DNA from: Paramecium tetraurelia
Lineage: Eukaryota
Reading direction: 5' to 3'
Assembly: GCA_000165425.1 (NCBI GenBank)
Contig: CT868069.1
Coordinates: forward strand, 1-64,000
Length of the DNA: 64,000 nt
The position numbers and the translations under genes are program-made. Shown in pieces: positions 38,665 through 52,419 of this stretch (positions are counted from its first letter, which is position 1; each line of letters starts with the position of its first letter). The notes beneath the pieces were generated by a model that saw only the letters and a program-made list of their open reading frames with translations, did not search any database and had not been told where the DNA came from.

Positions 38665-39080
38665 TATCTTATCTTATCTTATCTTATCTTATCTTATCTT
38701 ATCTTATCTTATCTTATCTTATCTTATCTTATCTTATCTTATCTTATCTTATCTTATCTTATCTTATCTTATCTTATCTTATCTTATCTTATCTTATCTT
38801 ATCTTATCTTATCTTATCTTATCTTATCTTATCTTATCTTATCTTATCTTATCTTATCTTATCTTATCTTATCTTATCTTATCTTATCTTATCTTATCTT
38901 ATCTTATCTTATCTTATCTTATCTTATCTTATCTTATCTTATCTTATCTTATCTTATCTTATCTTATCTTATCTTATCTTATCTTATCTTATCTTATCTT
39001 ATCTTATCTTATCTTATCTTATCTTATCTTATCTTATCTTATCTTATCTTATCTTATCTTATCTTATCTTATCTTATCTT
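38636..39080. repeat. Perfect pentanucleotide microsatellite (ATCTT)89
   Basis: 445 nt of uninterrupted ATCTT units, read directly. Confidence 0.99.
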
Positions 39081-39325
39081 ATAAATTAACTTTCTATTCT
39101 TAAGAATTAATCTTTTAATATATATGAAGTTTGGTTCAAATGAGTTAAGAGAATTTAGTGAAATAATTACTACCAATATCATAAAGAAAAATAATCAAAT
39201 AGTATTGAATTTATTTCTATTTTAATCGTATTTAAGAGGAAGGATATAAGGAATGAGAGTTAACCAGAAAACATTCTAATTTAACGCTATTTTAATATTT
39301 AATTATCTTTTTAATTTTAATTATC

Positions 39326-42300
39326 TCATTTAAGTCCCTCTTTAGCAAAATCTTCTATTTTTTGATTCCAATGGAGTTTAAATTCATCTTATTTTTAGGC
39401 ATTAATTATTTCTAAAACCTATTCAATTTCACTTTCTCCTTAATCTAAGGTTGAAAACAATCCTTTATAAGTTGTGCTAACTATCATATCATATACAAAT
39501 TTTCCACAAATTTGAAGATGAGATATAATATAATTTTCCTTTGAAAATGCATATACATATTTAGAGAAGGCATTAAAATAGGAATCTGCCTCAATTTTAT
39601 CTTTAGGTAGAAAACATCCGCCATTAATCTTTTTAAATTCACCTTCCTCAACCATTTCACAATAATAGTATTCTTCTTTATCTATTAATATATCAATTAA
39701 TATATACCTTTATCTCTTAATACAAATTGTCTGGCGATTCTATAGTCTCCTTCTTTTAATTTTTATGATCTTAAGACTTTATTAAATTGTTCCATCAAAA
39801 ATTAACATAAGAAGTTGTTTTTAGACATTTAAGCTGCCTCATCTAAATTAATAAAAGGTTGATTTTAAGAATATAGATCTTTTCTTAATAAGTATTTCCC
39901 TTTGAATTCATTTTAGGTTGCCTCAGTTACCACACTTAAATAACCCTTAAAAAATGTGGACTCGGCATTTGGTTATACACTTCTATTTAATGTCACACTG
40001 CCCTTTGCAGTCTTTTTTAAACACTGTTCAAATAAGAAATATTAATTATTATTCAAAAGATGCTTTGCTTAATCATATTCAGCAGTTATCTCAAAAATGT
40101 CATATTCCTTCACATCAAACATAACATTCGCATCTTTGTTCATTTCTTTAATTTTATAAGGTGATGACATTATTTTTTCCATAACACCAACTACTTTATA
40201 TTGATATTTATCATCTTGCCTTGATAATTTTGAAAGAATATGGTCTTTGACACTTAGTTTTAAATTTGTTTATTCCTTCTCTTGCTTTATTAATTTAATC
40301 TTTTCATCCATTTGTTCTCTATATTTTTTATTTTAAGCTTAATCACTTAAAAGTTATTCCTCTTTTAGCTTTAATGATTTTTCAATTTATTATAGTTTAA
40401 TTTCTAATTAGCCTATTTACCCATCTTTTTCTGACAATTTTAGTTTTTACTATCCTACTATCTCTTAGTTTTCTTTATTTGAACCCTGAACTGTTTTTAA
40501 TTCTTATTCCAATTTAATAATTTGAGTTTTGAGTTGTGATATTTGCTTTTCATTATTTTCCCCTCTACTTTGTTATTATTCTAATTATTCCTTGGTTTGT
40601 TATAATTAATTTCTTAAATCTTTTAATTCTGAATCAACATATTCCTTTTATTATTATAATATTCTCAAGTCGTCATTTTATTTGTCATATTCTTATTTTT
40701 ATTTTGCTAGTTCTCCTTTCAAGCGTTCGATATCCTCATTCAATTTATCTATTTTTGACTTTAATTCTGTAATTTGCTACTGTTAGCTACTTGCTTTACC
40801 TTCCAACTATTATTTTAAATTTGATAACTTATCGTTCTCTTCTATTTATTCCTCAATTTGAACTATTAAACTCTTATTTGCACTTTATAATTTTTTAATC
40901 TCTATATCTCTTTAACCAAGAGTAGCATTTGCGTCTTGAGCATTAGTATTTGTAGTTCTATAATTCATTTCTAATTCATTAATTATATTATTGCTTTTTT
41001 TTAATTCTCTATCTAACTTTTTAATTTTATCATTTAACGATGTAACGGTATTTTCTAATTATTCAACATTGTCTTTAGACATTTCTAATTTTTCCCTTTC
41101 TGATTTTACATATTATTTTAGTTTACCTGTCTCAGCTTTTGAATTTAATTATTCCTCTCCAAGTTCTCTTTAAAGATGATCTATTTATGCAATTAATTAA
41201 TTGTTTGCATTAGTGGCCAATTGCATCTCTTGTGAAAATTGTTATTAACATTAAGTGGTCACCTAATTAAAATAATTTTGCCACTCTGCATTTAATATCT
41301 ATATTTCTTAATTCTTTTTATTCATTTCATTCTGTAATTCTTCATTTTTTTTTTAAAATTATATTTCATAGTCTCTTTATTATTATTAATTATCTTCTTA
41401 TAATTATTAAATATTTTATTCTAGATCGCTACATCTTGTATTTATCTAATTTAATTCTAATTCAAGCTAATCACGTATTTCCTAGATTTCCTAAATTTAC
41501 TTTTCTTTTTCAGCTTTCATTTTTACTATGTCATTGTCAACGCTTTAATTTTTATAATTTTTAGATAATTATTATATATCCAAATAATGCTATTTTTCTT
41601 TTTCTTTCATTTCTTCAACTAAATTACCTAACTTATATTCAGCCTCCAATAACTTTTCATAAATCTCTTTACTTGAAAGAGTAGAAGAATTGTCAGAATT
41701 AACAATATTATTGTTATCTTTTGGTAATTTTTGGTTGACTTATTATAACAACTATTTAAGTTCATCTTTCTCTTTTTTTGAACATCTTAATTAATCTTCT
41801 AGATCTTTAATCTAAATTTATAAATTTTCTGAATTCTTCATCTAAAAAGCTTGATTAGCATTCAAAGTATTGAGGCAAAGCTGTGACATTTGTTAGGACA
41901 GACAACTACAACATGATTGCCACACTTAATTAATTGAGTTCTTTTCAGAAGTAATTTATATAACTTCTATGTGCAATTCTTTATTCTTATTTTATAATAT
42001 TTAATTTTGTTCCTATAATTATATAATAGTCTACTCTTGGCTATTATTTTTCTTAATCATCTTATTTAGATCTATTTCAAGAGTATTATTTTTAACCTAT
42101 ATCTCTTTAATTTATTATTCTTTCTCAGCCGTAATCCTTTCAGTTTCGTTCAAATTTCTTTAAAGTTAATGTGCATCATAAACTTTGAAGTAAATTTAAT
42201 TTTTTGTTTAGTTATCTGTTGTTTAACCCAAACCATTTGGTGTCTAGTTTTCTGTTTCAGAAATTTCAACTAGAATAATTGAATCACAAGTTATTTTATT

Positions 42301-42399
42301 AGTTTTTTTTTGCAGCTCCTCTTTGACGTTTTAGGGTTCACAATCAAGCATAATTATTTCCTTATCAGGCATCTCACAAATGATTTTCCAAGTATCCAT
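39326..42399 (-). CDS. Long coiled-coil protein with an alpha-kinase-like (probable pseudokinase) C-terminal domain
   Basis: YYYCEMVEEGEFKKINGG...FNAFSKYVYAFSKENYIISHLQICGKFVYDMIVST...LFSTLDQGESEI follows the order of alpha-kinase motifs GEFxKYN, AFSH, DLQG, LTDP, GNLG. Confidence 0.82.
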
Positions 42400-43169
42400 T
42401 TAAGTCTTTGTAATAGAATTTAGATTTTATTGTTATTAGTTAATATGTTATTATCAAAGTGTTAATAAACACAGAAATGTGATAAGTTAATTCTATTAGA
42501 GTTATAAATTAGAAATATTTCTTTGCTGTATTTATCAAATTGATACAAAAAGTTTTCTATTAAGAATACAATAGTTTTGAATATTAACTCCTATTAAGAA
42601 ATTAAATTGTAGAAGAATAAACAACATTGATATCTCAAACTTCTAATCTGTCACTTGAGATGGATCTAAATTTTGGAGTAAAGATTTAAAATTCTAGTGA
42701 TCATATTATAGGATTAGAATTGTGTTTACTTGAATTTTATCTAAAAGATTATCCTTTTTGGATACAAACATATTTCTTTTGTAAAAGGAATAATTTTTGC
42801 TCCAAGAAAAAATTTATCAGAAAAATGAATCAACTAAAATACTCAACAGATAGAGACTCAAGATATTATTATTTTCCTAATTCTCATAAATAATTTATAC
42901 ATAAGGTTAGTTATTTTTTATCTAAAATGCACAATAATTTAAGTCTATTCGGAAAGATTGATTAATGTGAAATTTTTCTTCATCAGTTTTATGCAAAGAG
43001 CACATATAAAAGCAGTTAGAGAGGTTTATGAGAATTAAAACAAATATTATTATTTTTTTTCGTAAATTTTTATTCAAAATTCCATTAATTCTAAAGAAGA
43101 TTTCATAACCCATCTCCAATAAAGAAATTATTTTCAACTATTATTTAAAATTAAATGCATGTATAAGAA

Positions 43170-44826
43170 TCATCTGACAAGTTTAAATAAAACACACTTA
43201 TTCTATAAAATAAAATAAGTACAACAGCATAAAATGTCAGACATATCTTGCCGATTGTAATTTTTAATATTGAAAAATAAAAAGTAAATAGATTAGTTTC
43301 ATAGATAAAATATAAATTTTAAGTCAAGAAAGAAGACTTCAAACTGTAGAGTGATTGTGTAATGTAAAAATAGGTGTCGTTTTTCTTATATTATACTTTG
43401 GAATAGCTTTAATATATAAATAATTATAACAGTGGAAAAAGTAATTTAAGTTTTCTTAATACTAATTTATTTATTTAACTAATATCTAATTTTCTTTATT
43501 CCTCCGATAATCTTATACTATATTCATTTTCATCCTTTGATAAATTATTTGTCCTTTTTAAATATCTCTTAATTATATCGAATAAGACAGTTTAATAGTT
43601 GGATGATAAATTAATGTTGTCCTTAATTCGATGTAATTAAATAGCAATCATACTTAATCTTAATTACATAATTAAAAATGAGATCTCAGATCATTTCTCT
43701 TGATATTATTATTCTGGTTTTAGTCAAAAGTATAACTGGAACCGCCATCTATATAATAATAAATATATTTTATTATATTTTCCGAAAGATCTTTAGTTAA
43801 CATCTAAGTAAATTAAATAATTAGTAAAATTTAGGTAATTTAAAATAGTTTATTATATTTGATGAAAATAATAAATATCTGGTATTTTAAGTTCAGTTTA
43901 TCTATTAATGAGTTGCATCTTGATCTTATTAAATCAAACATAAATTTAATAAATAAAGAAGGGCAGATTATTTACAATGAAATGGAGATTAAATAAAAAC
44001 AACAATGGCTAGGTATTTTATACCTATAATGAAACTATCACTGGTTTCAATGATTCTGATTAGAATATAATTTAAGATCATGTGATATCTAATTCAAAAC
44101 AATATACATCCAAACATGATGACTTCTCAAGTTGTATTTTTTTGTATAACAAAATCTATTAATCCAAAATATAAACAACAGTAATTAGATACTATTTATA
44201 CATTTGAGAAGTGAAAATTTATCAAAGATAATTTACTCTGATAATGTAATTGTTAAGTAATATTTTAGATACACTAATGTAACATCAAACTAAATTTGAA
44301 TAAAAAAATTTTAAGCAGCATTTCTTGAATCTGCATCTTGGATTTAGGTGGAATTCCCTCAATTTCATATTTTGATGTTTTATCATTTACCATAAATACA
44401 GATATCAACAATATAGTTTTGTTTATCATATATCTAATTGATTAAAAGTGAAGTTGAATTTATATGAAACAGTACAAGAAGAAATACGAACAATGTATTC
44501 TTATTGAAACAATGTTCTACCATAGAAAAGATAGTAATTTAAACTCAGATCTAATCAAAATGGTCATAACTAAAATCCCAGATAATGTAGAAGTAGACAA
44601 AGATGAGATTAACAATTACTCAATAATTGATATTATAATTCAAGGTCTAGAAAATATGAATTATTCTCTTATACAAATTTCTAATTAAAAATTATATAAT
44701 GTCAATGATTTAAATAAATTGATATTATCAATTCAGGCAGGATATCTGAGGATTAATGGAATTAAAATTTAAAAGCCTAGAAATTTTTAGATTATAAATA
44801 TTTGATTTTAAACTTCTTACTTGTGA
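43170..44826 (+). pseudogene. Decayed paralog of the dCache-type membrane gene at 46742
   Basis: Fragments NINLINKEGQIIYNEME / YNETITGFNDSDQ / KYEQCILIETMFYHRKDSNLN match NIILINYAGQVLYNGME / FNETITGFNETDW / KSETCRLLEKMSFNKRESNLN of the intact gene. Frames are broken and the 5' boundary is approximate. Confidence 0.65.
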
Positions 44827-44837
44827 TATTTTAATTA

Positions 44838-45364
44838 ATGAGTGATATTAGTGATTAAGAACCAGAAAACTCAGAATTTGATGATAATTCATAAAGTCAT
44901 TCAATTGGAGGAGAAGAACTCGAACCTGAAGTCTCTGGCATAACCTCAAGTGATGTAGATTCAAAAGGTATTTGTGGAGAAATACAATTAAATTAGAAAG
45001 ACAGTCTGTGACATCAGAATCTGATTCAGAGGAGGAATAATAGATTGTGAGATCAGGGGCACCACTTTCTCAAAGCAGAGGAAAAAAAGTAAATAAAGAT
45101 GAAAGAATTACTCCACCATTTTTGACAAAATATGAAAGAGCTAGAGTAATTGGTACAAGGGCACTTCAAATTAGTAAAAATAGTCCTATTTATGTTGATC
45201 CAAGTATTAAATGATTGCAATATTTAATAGAGGAAACAACAGATCCAATTTTGGTTGCTTAGCAAGAACTTAATGAAAATAAAATTCCATTCATTATAAG
45301 AAGGTATTGGCCCAATGGAAACTTTGAGGATTGGGAATTATAGGAATTGGAGCGTTTAGATTGA
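44838..45364 (+). CDS. RPB6: RNA polymerase I/II/III shared subunit RPB6 (RPABC2)
   Basis: [24 protein letters not shown]...[18 protein letters not shown]; acidic N-terminus; two introns. Confidence 0.97.
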
Positions 45365-45374
45365 TTTATAATAC

Positions 45375-46364
45375 TCAGAATATTAAATTAATGATCACAA
45401 CAAACATAAGCAATTCTGAATACGAAATTACAGTGTCTCCTGTCTCGTTTAAAGTAATAGAAAATTCTTCAAAGTTGTGACCATGATCCTCCATAACCAA
45501 GGCTGATGATGTTGCATAACTCCAAGTATAAGCAGATCCTTTAGCCAAAACTACATCTTGTGAAGAATCTCCTGTGTTTAATTTCCTTTTTATTCTAGCT
45601 TTTACAGAAGTGTCAGATATGCTATAAGAGACCAATTCTAAGTCTTATTTTGTATCTGTAGGAGGTGTATCATCTTCGACTGACCACAAATCCAAAACTT
45701 CTGCTTAGCCATCTATTATATTAATTGTGAGCATATCAACATTCTTCATCTAAATTATTTGTTATAATTTTTACCCCTTTTCCAAAACCAACTCCTATCC
45801 ATGATTTTTAATTCAAAATGAAGCACATCTCGATGGTGTCATCTGTATTAAACTTCCATTTCACTTAGAAAGTGGTTCCAATAGATAAGGATGCAGTCAT
45901 ATCAGTGTCAGTATAAGTAGTACTACCGGAAGTATTTGTGACTTCTTAAATAATTCTTGAGTATTTTTCAACATGTTTAGGTTGTTCTTGTTGCTGATTG
46001 TTCTTCCATATATATGGTTAGAATCCTGTGTCTGGTCTTAAAAATTTCATCGAATTATTTTCACAAAAGTAATTGGAGATAATCTACTGCTCACTCAATT
46101 TTGGATGGCTCTTTGGTCCTTAAGCAAGTCTTTCTTCACATTCGCAGTCTTTCACTCTACAAAATAGGTATTCTCTTAAGTCCTTTTATTTATATTTATA
46201 TAATATACCTTTTAACCAGAAAAGGCTAAAACAACTAAAGCTTCATCTGATACAATGTTGTAATACAATTCATTATTGTTTTTTGAATAGCTAAATGCAG
46301 TTTCAGCATTAATTGTGGTCAAAACTGAGAATAGGATGAATATGGATGTATTAATTTGAGACAT
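45375..46364 (-). CDS. Secreted/surface DOMON-domain protein with a C-terminal hydrophobic anchor
   Basis: Signal peptide; SWIGVGFGKGMKNVDM...IKRKLNTGDSSQD...MEDHG (DOMON Met/His pattern); ends LLMFVVIINLIF* (GPI-signal-like). Confidence 0.82.
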
Positions 46365-46741
46365 TTATATACTAGGGATGTATAGACTTTCGGTTAAGAA
46401 GCTAAAATTATAGAATTAAATAAATTGTATAGAACAGTATCCATAAATTATTTAAATATAAGATAATATTTAATTTTTAAAAACTATTTAACCAATTATT
46501 TTTTTAAGGTTTCTTTATTTTATAATAATAATTAATTAATGAGACTCTTATATTATTTATTAAAATAAACAGTATTCATTATTTGTTGTTTACAAATTAT
46601 AAAAGAAGCAATATTTTAGCGTTGTTTGTAAATAGATAAAGTTTCTAAAATGATCAACTGAATGAAAAGGTTTTTGATTAAAACATGAAATTAAATTGAT
46701 ATATAAATAATAAAAAAAAGAGTAAATTTTAATTCCTCAAA

Positions 46742-48406
46742 ATGTTTGGGTGTATAATTTCAGCCTTAAGAGAGATGAGAATGAGGTCCTAAATATTTCT
46801 TTTTGAAATAATAATTCTGTTATTTGTTTTGGTTTTAGCAGGAGCAGCTGTGTATGTAGAAATAAGAATATTTTATTACATTTCAACTCATTCATCTGAA
46901 ACTATTATTTCTAATTTGGATATCAAATAAATTAACCAAGCCACGTCTTTGGTTTCGCATTATATCAAATAAAAACATCAAAGAAGTAACAAATAAACTT
47001 ATTTAAATATTAGGGATTCATGTCCTTGAACATCTATCCTCCTTTTTGAAAACCTATTAAATACTTACTAATTAGTTTACTAAACTCAAGTCATTGGAAT
47101 CCTGTGAGGCTTCAGAAGAGTTCGTAATAAGCGAATATTCATTACAAACCCCCAAATTATGTTACTAACTTCATGGAGTACCTGATATGGTGACACTGCC
47201 TAAGAACAATTAAAATATCTCCTTGCTCTATAAGGGCTTAAGTCTCTTTAATGAGTATGATCTCTTATTTAGTATTGAAACACCCTACTTTATTTAAGTA
47301 GTCGACACTTCAGATTATAAAATTGATGTCGTTTATCCTATTGGTATGTTGATTAAAGGGTATGACCCAGAAACAAGACCATGGTATTCATATAATCTCT
47401 ATAACAAGGTATGTTAACCACATTAAATAAATGAAAGCTCATCCAGATGAAATTTATTTTTATTCTGAAGTATATAAGGTGTTCTTCGAATCGTTTGATT
47501 ACTAGTTTTCAATAACGCATTCATTATTTAATTCTCAATAGTAATTCTTCGGAATTGCTAAAACTATGTTATCTACCAATGACCCTAGTTTTGAATATGT
47601 TTTGTACAATATCATACTGATCAATTATGCTGGTTAAGTATTGTATAATGGTATGGAAATGGGGTAAAACCTTACAGACATATTTTATGTTTTTAATGAA
47701 ACAATCACTGGCTTTAATGAGACAGATTGGTATCAAATAGAGGAACATGCAACCTATAGATTGGGCGGAGATAATCCTAATTAGATATTAATTTTGTATA
47801 ATAAATATTTTTAAAAATATGTACATGTGCAAAGTGAAAAATTCAAAAAAGAAAATTTTACACTGATAATGTATATTGTTAAATTGCTATATTAGATTTA
47901 CGAATGTGAGTTCAATTAAAATTATGGAAAAATAGTTTTAGGAAACTGAATAATCATTTATCTTTTGGTATTCCCTAGCACTTTCAATCATAATTTCAAT
48001 TTGTTCATTAACAACTACTATCAGTTTAATTGCAATAAATTCTATATGCAAACCATTGACGAAGTTGACTAATTAAGTATCCTTACATGTGTTGCAATTA
48101 GGAAATAATATTAATCATCAAATATTTAAAATGTTTAACAAATAAATAATATCTTTGGACTTGCTAAACAATTTAAACAACAAATTTATGAATTTTTCAG
48201 AGCTATTACTATCGAGTTAAACTACAAAATCTGAAACTTGCCGATTGCTTGAAAAAATGAGTTTCAATAAAAGAGAAAGTAATCTTAATCTTAAATTAAT
48301 ACAAAACTAAAATATACTATTACCTGATTTTCGAAGTATTGAATAAACACAAGCATAAGATATAATCAAAAAAAGCCTTTTTTAAGGAGAATCTATGATT
48401 ATATGA
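46742..48406 (+). CDS. Two-TM membrane protein with an extracellular dCache-like domain and HAMP-like linker
   Basis: TM1 IFLFEIIILLFVLVLAGAAVYV; GYDPETRPWY...YSEVY...FSITHSL...FFGIAK; TM2 followed by KPLTKLT. Confidence 0.72.
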
Positions 48407-48591
48407 ACTATCTCATTTTTCAATACATACCATTAAGTAATATCAATCAAATCAATTATATTAAAAATGATAAAATTTCATTTATATCATGTTTCTGTAC
48501 TTTACTCTCGAGAATAAATTTATTCAAAGATTTTTATAATTCGTCAATATGTATTATTATTAAATAAATCAAATCAATTTTATTTGCTAGA

Positions 48592-50199
48592 ATGTTTAAT
48601 GCAAGTTGGATTGCCCCTAATTTACTAACAATGCAGCTTTCAGCTAAAAATCACTCAAATAACTACTTAGAAAACTATCCAAGGTTACCTCTAATACCTT
48701 AAAAAAATTAATTTTTAACTCAGGAAAAGCCCTAATTTAGAATTTACCAATAATCACATCATTAGAAAAACTAACTAACTTTTAAAGAGATCTTTGAAAT
48801 CAATCAGAAGAATTAGGAACTCCTAAATGAATTAATGTATGCTCTGAGTCAAGATTTGCCATATTAATAACAATAAATACTAACAAACCTAAACAACCAA
48901 TAGGACTACGATCTAAAAGTAAAACCAGATAGAATACGATATCCTTCGGTTGATAATAGGATCTAAATGGGAAGTTCACTAGAAGATGTACGGAAATATC
49001 CATAAGTTGGTATGAATTAATTTAAAGAATTATAACCCTATTCCAGAACAGAAAGAATGTATAAAAAGAGAAATGCGCATTAAAGAAAACTAAGTGATAA
49101 CGGTTTTGAAATCGATAATAAACAAAACTATAAGTACAAGGTTATAAACGGAAAACAAAACAATACCAATTAGAAGATACAAAAAAATACCTTAGGGGAA
49201 TCAAAATTAAATAAGAGTTTAATTGGTGAATAAAATTAGAATAAAAAGTTAAAATTCAAAACTGTTGGTTATGTAGTATTTGCTACTATGTGTTTGTCAA
49301 AGAAATATAGAATAATATAATAAAAAAAATAATTTTTAAGAAATTAACTTAATCATAATTACTAGGAACATCAAAAAGTAGTTGATTAATTTTCAAAGAG
49401 ACAAGCAATTACCCATGAAAGATAATACTATGCATATGTGGTGGAAAAGATCATACATCATCTTAAAGAACAATCTTTCATTGATGAAACTCTAGAAATT
49501 CAGAATTAATCAAAAGAATATTAGAGTGACATAAGAAAAGTACATATTTTTAAATTCACTACTTTACTTTTGAAAAATGTAGAACTATACACTAGACAGA
49601 ATACTATTACAGATATCGTACGCAGTTAAATCAATATGTGTATATATGAGTAAACTGGTATTCCAATTTCTAGATTTGTTGGATAAAGATGTCATTTTTA
49701 TAATGATGATCGAGTTAAGATACCTGTAGAGCAATAAGTTTTGATAGCTTTGGAATATTATTTTTTTTGTAATTTGATCCCTTAGTTATGTGAGATTGTG
49801 GCTGATCTTCAGGATAACAAAACTATTGGGAAACAAAAAGTTAAAACAAATCCATCTCATCTAAATGAATGTCATTTTTATATTTGTGTTCTTGCAACTT
49901 TAATTTAATAAAAGATTGTATAAGTGTTTTCTGAATTGAAAAAAGTCAAGAACCCTAATGGAAGCATAGTTCAAAAGTCACTTAAGACTACAGAATAGCA
50001 GAATTTAGTTATCAAGGCATATATTGCCATTAATACGCAATTGGAGGATGATAATAATGAGGAAAGTGAAATAGTGAAGGGGTTGATATCATCTGATTTG
50101 ATTCTGGCACTCGAGGAGGAGAAGCCACAGTGGAAGAAATTCATAGATAAGACTTTTTCGTAGATAATTACAAACCTTAGCAACTTGTTAAAAAAATGA
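48592..50199 (+). CDS. Uncharacterised protein
   Basis: MFNASWIAPNLLTMQLSAK... long code-6 ORF ending ...ITNLSNLLKK*. Confidence 0.7.
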
Positions 50200-50329
50200 A
50201 TATATTAAATTGGTATGCAGATTATAATTAAAATAATAGATTAATAATTTAAAACAAAATAGGTTGTTAAACAAAAATTTTTCAGTTTAAAATGAATTAT
50301 TCAACTAATTATTTTTATCAATAATTTTA

Positions 50330-52402
50330 ATGTTAACTTTGGAGAACTTCAACTAAACATCATTCAAGTAACCAATAATCAACAGGTAATTTGCCTAAAT
50401 ACTCAAAGCCCACGGTCTATTGAGGCTTGCCGTTTGTGTGGAATTTTGCCAGAGGAGCTAATTTAAATTGGTATAAAGGAACTCAAAAAGAGAAATCCGG
50501 AGTTGAGATTGAATAAATAAGGGTGGGAGATTATGTGGCAACATCACGAAATAAGAAGATAAGAGAAACTATAGGCATGTCTCGAGGCAAGATAGTAATT
50601 GATTGATGCAGGATTTAATTTCAATAATCAGGAGGAGGAAGAATAGGTCATGGACAATTCAGATCAATTATAGGCAAGTCAAAATTAGTAGGAATTGGAG
50701 AAAATACAATTTAGACAATAGAAGGAGATTTAGCAAATGCTTGAACATGAAAGAAAGCAATAAGAGATTCGAGAGAGGAATGAGTCGAAGCAAAGATAGT
50801 TGTAAGAGAGACAATTGAGAAGAGAGGATTAATTAAGATAGAGCAGAGTGAAACAAGAGTATGATCGAGTTTAGAGGGAGAGGGATAGATAAATTAAATA
50901 ATAACGGGAAGAATAAAAATAAAAGAAAAATGCTAAATAACAATATAAGAAAGAATTGCATAGAGTCCAATTAGAATAATTAAGATAGAAGGAATTGCAA
51001 TAAGAGTACAGAAGAAGAGAGGAGGAAAGAAAATAGAGACAACAAGTATTCAAAGAGTAAATGAAAGAAATACAATTGAGACACGAAATGGAATTGTAGG
51101 TCAAGAGATAAATAATGGAAATGAAGGACAGAGAGAGGTTAGAGAAGTAGGAATAATCAAGATAGGACAAAATTCAGGCTTCTTAGTAAGCATAACTAGA
51201 GTTGAGATATAAATTGTAGGCTGCGAAATAACTACAGATGGAGAAACTAGAAAGAATGAGAGAACAATTTGAGGATAAGGAAAGAAAAATTGACGAGAGA
51301 CGATAAGAATTTGAGAGGTTGAAAGAATAGAAATTAATTGAGAATTATATTAATGCGTAATAGCATTAAGAAAAAATGAAGTAGGTTATTGAAAAGGTGT
51401 AAAATTAAGAGGAAAATAAATATTATGATTATTAATAGAAATAGGAATTTGTAAATCAAAGAAAAAAGCAATTAGAACTGGAAAAATTGAAGGAGTTATT
51501 GATAAAGAAACAATAATAGGAGGAGAAGGAGTAGCATAGAATTGATGCTATTTAGAATGCGGAAAAGTATTAATAAATAAAGGCAATGGAGTTGAATAAT
51601 AAATTATTGGTAAAAGAGCAAATGATTCAAGAGAAGCAAATGGAAAAGTAATAAATTTAAGAATAAATTAAACTATAAGAAATTCTAAAAATGAAAGATA
51701 AAAAAGAAGCCTTGGAAAGGTTATAGAGAAAATAGGAATACGAAAAAGAAATTTTAAGATAAAAAATAGAGGAGAAAATGAGAAGAACTGACAATTTACA
51801 ATTATAGAAGAGTAGAGTCTTGGAGTAAAGGTTGTAGATGAAGTAAATAGCTAATTTGTAAAAGGAAGAATTAAAGCATTAATTTGAGTTGATAAAATAA
51901 GGGAAAATTGAAATTCTTTAATCTTCAAATGAAAATGAATCCCAATAACAAGGTTCTCATTAGATTGAAGATCATCCAATTTCAACTTAAAAAAAAGGAA
52001 GACGTATTATCTATAACGATTAACTTAGCTTAAACTGCACTTCCAAAAAAGAAGGCGGAAATTTAAAGACCAAAGTCTGCACTTCTGAAGAAGGTTCAAA
52101 ATGAAGAGAGAAAATAAATCAGAATAAGTGATGATCCCTAGCAGCAGTATCAATTAGAGCTCTTGGAGTAACAATAGTAAGAGGAGATGATTAATGTAAG
52201 AAAGATAATGTATGTTTAGCTGTTGGAGAATGAGTAAGTGTTAGAGTAAGAAAGAGAAAAGCAGTTGTATTAAATTGAAAACAAACAAGATCAACTCAGA
52301 TTAGAGAAAATATTTTAGATTGAAAGAAACTAAGCAAAAAAACGAATACTCGAATTGCAAGAGGAACATAAAAAGTAGATTGAAGAATTTATGTCTAATT
52401 GA
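50330..52402 (+). CDS. Coiled-coil protein with a CCDC177/CCDC185-like N-terminal motif
   Basis: INSPRSIEACRLCGILPEEL (after a 23-nt intron) resembles the TSPRSLEAC motif, followed by a long E/K/Q/R-rich coiled coil. Confidence 0.7.
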
Positions 52403-52419
52403 TTATTTAATATAATAAA

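Noticed and set aside
38636..39080. Telomere or CRISPR interpretation of the repeat
   Set aside because: There are no spacers, the motif is unlike ciliate G-rich telomeric hexamers, and it is flanked by unique DNA on both sides.
38629..39084. 151-aa ORF of repeated ILSYL
   Set aside because: It is only the translation of the ATCTT microsatellite; there is no other sign of coding.
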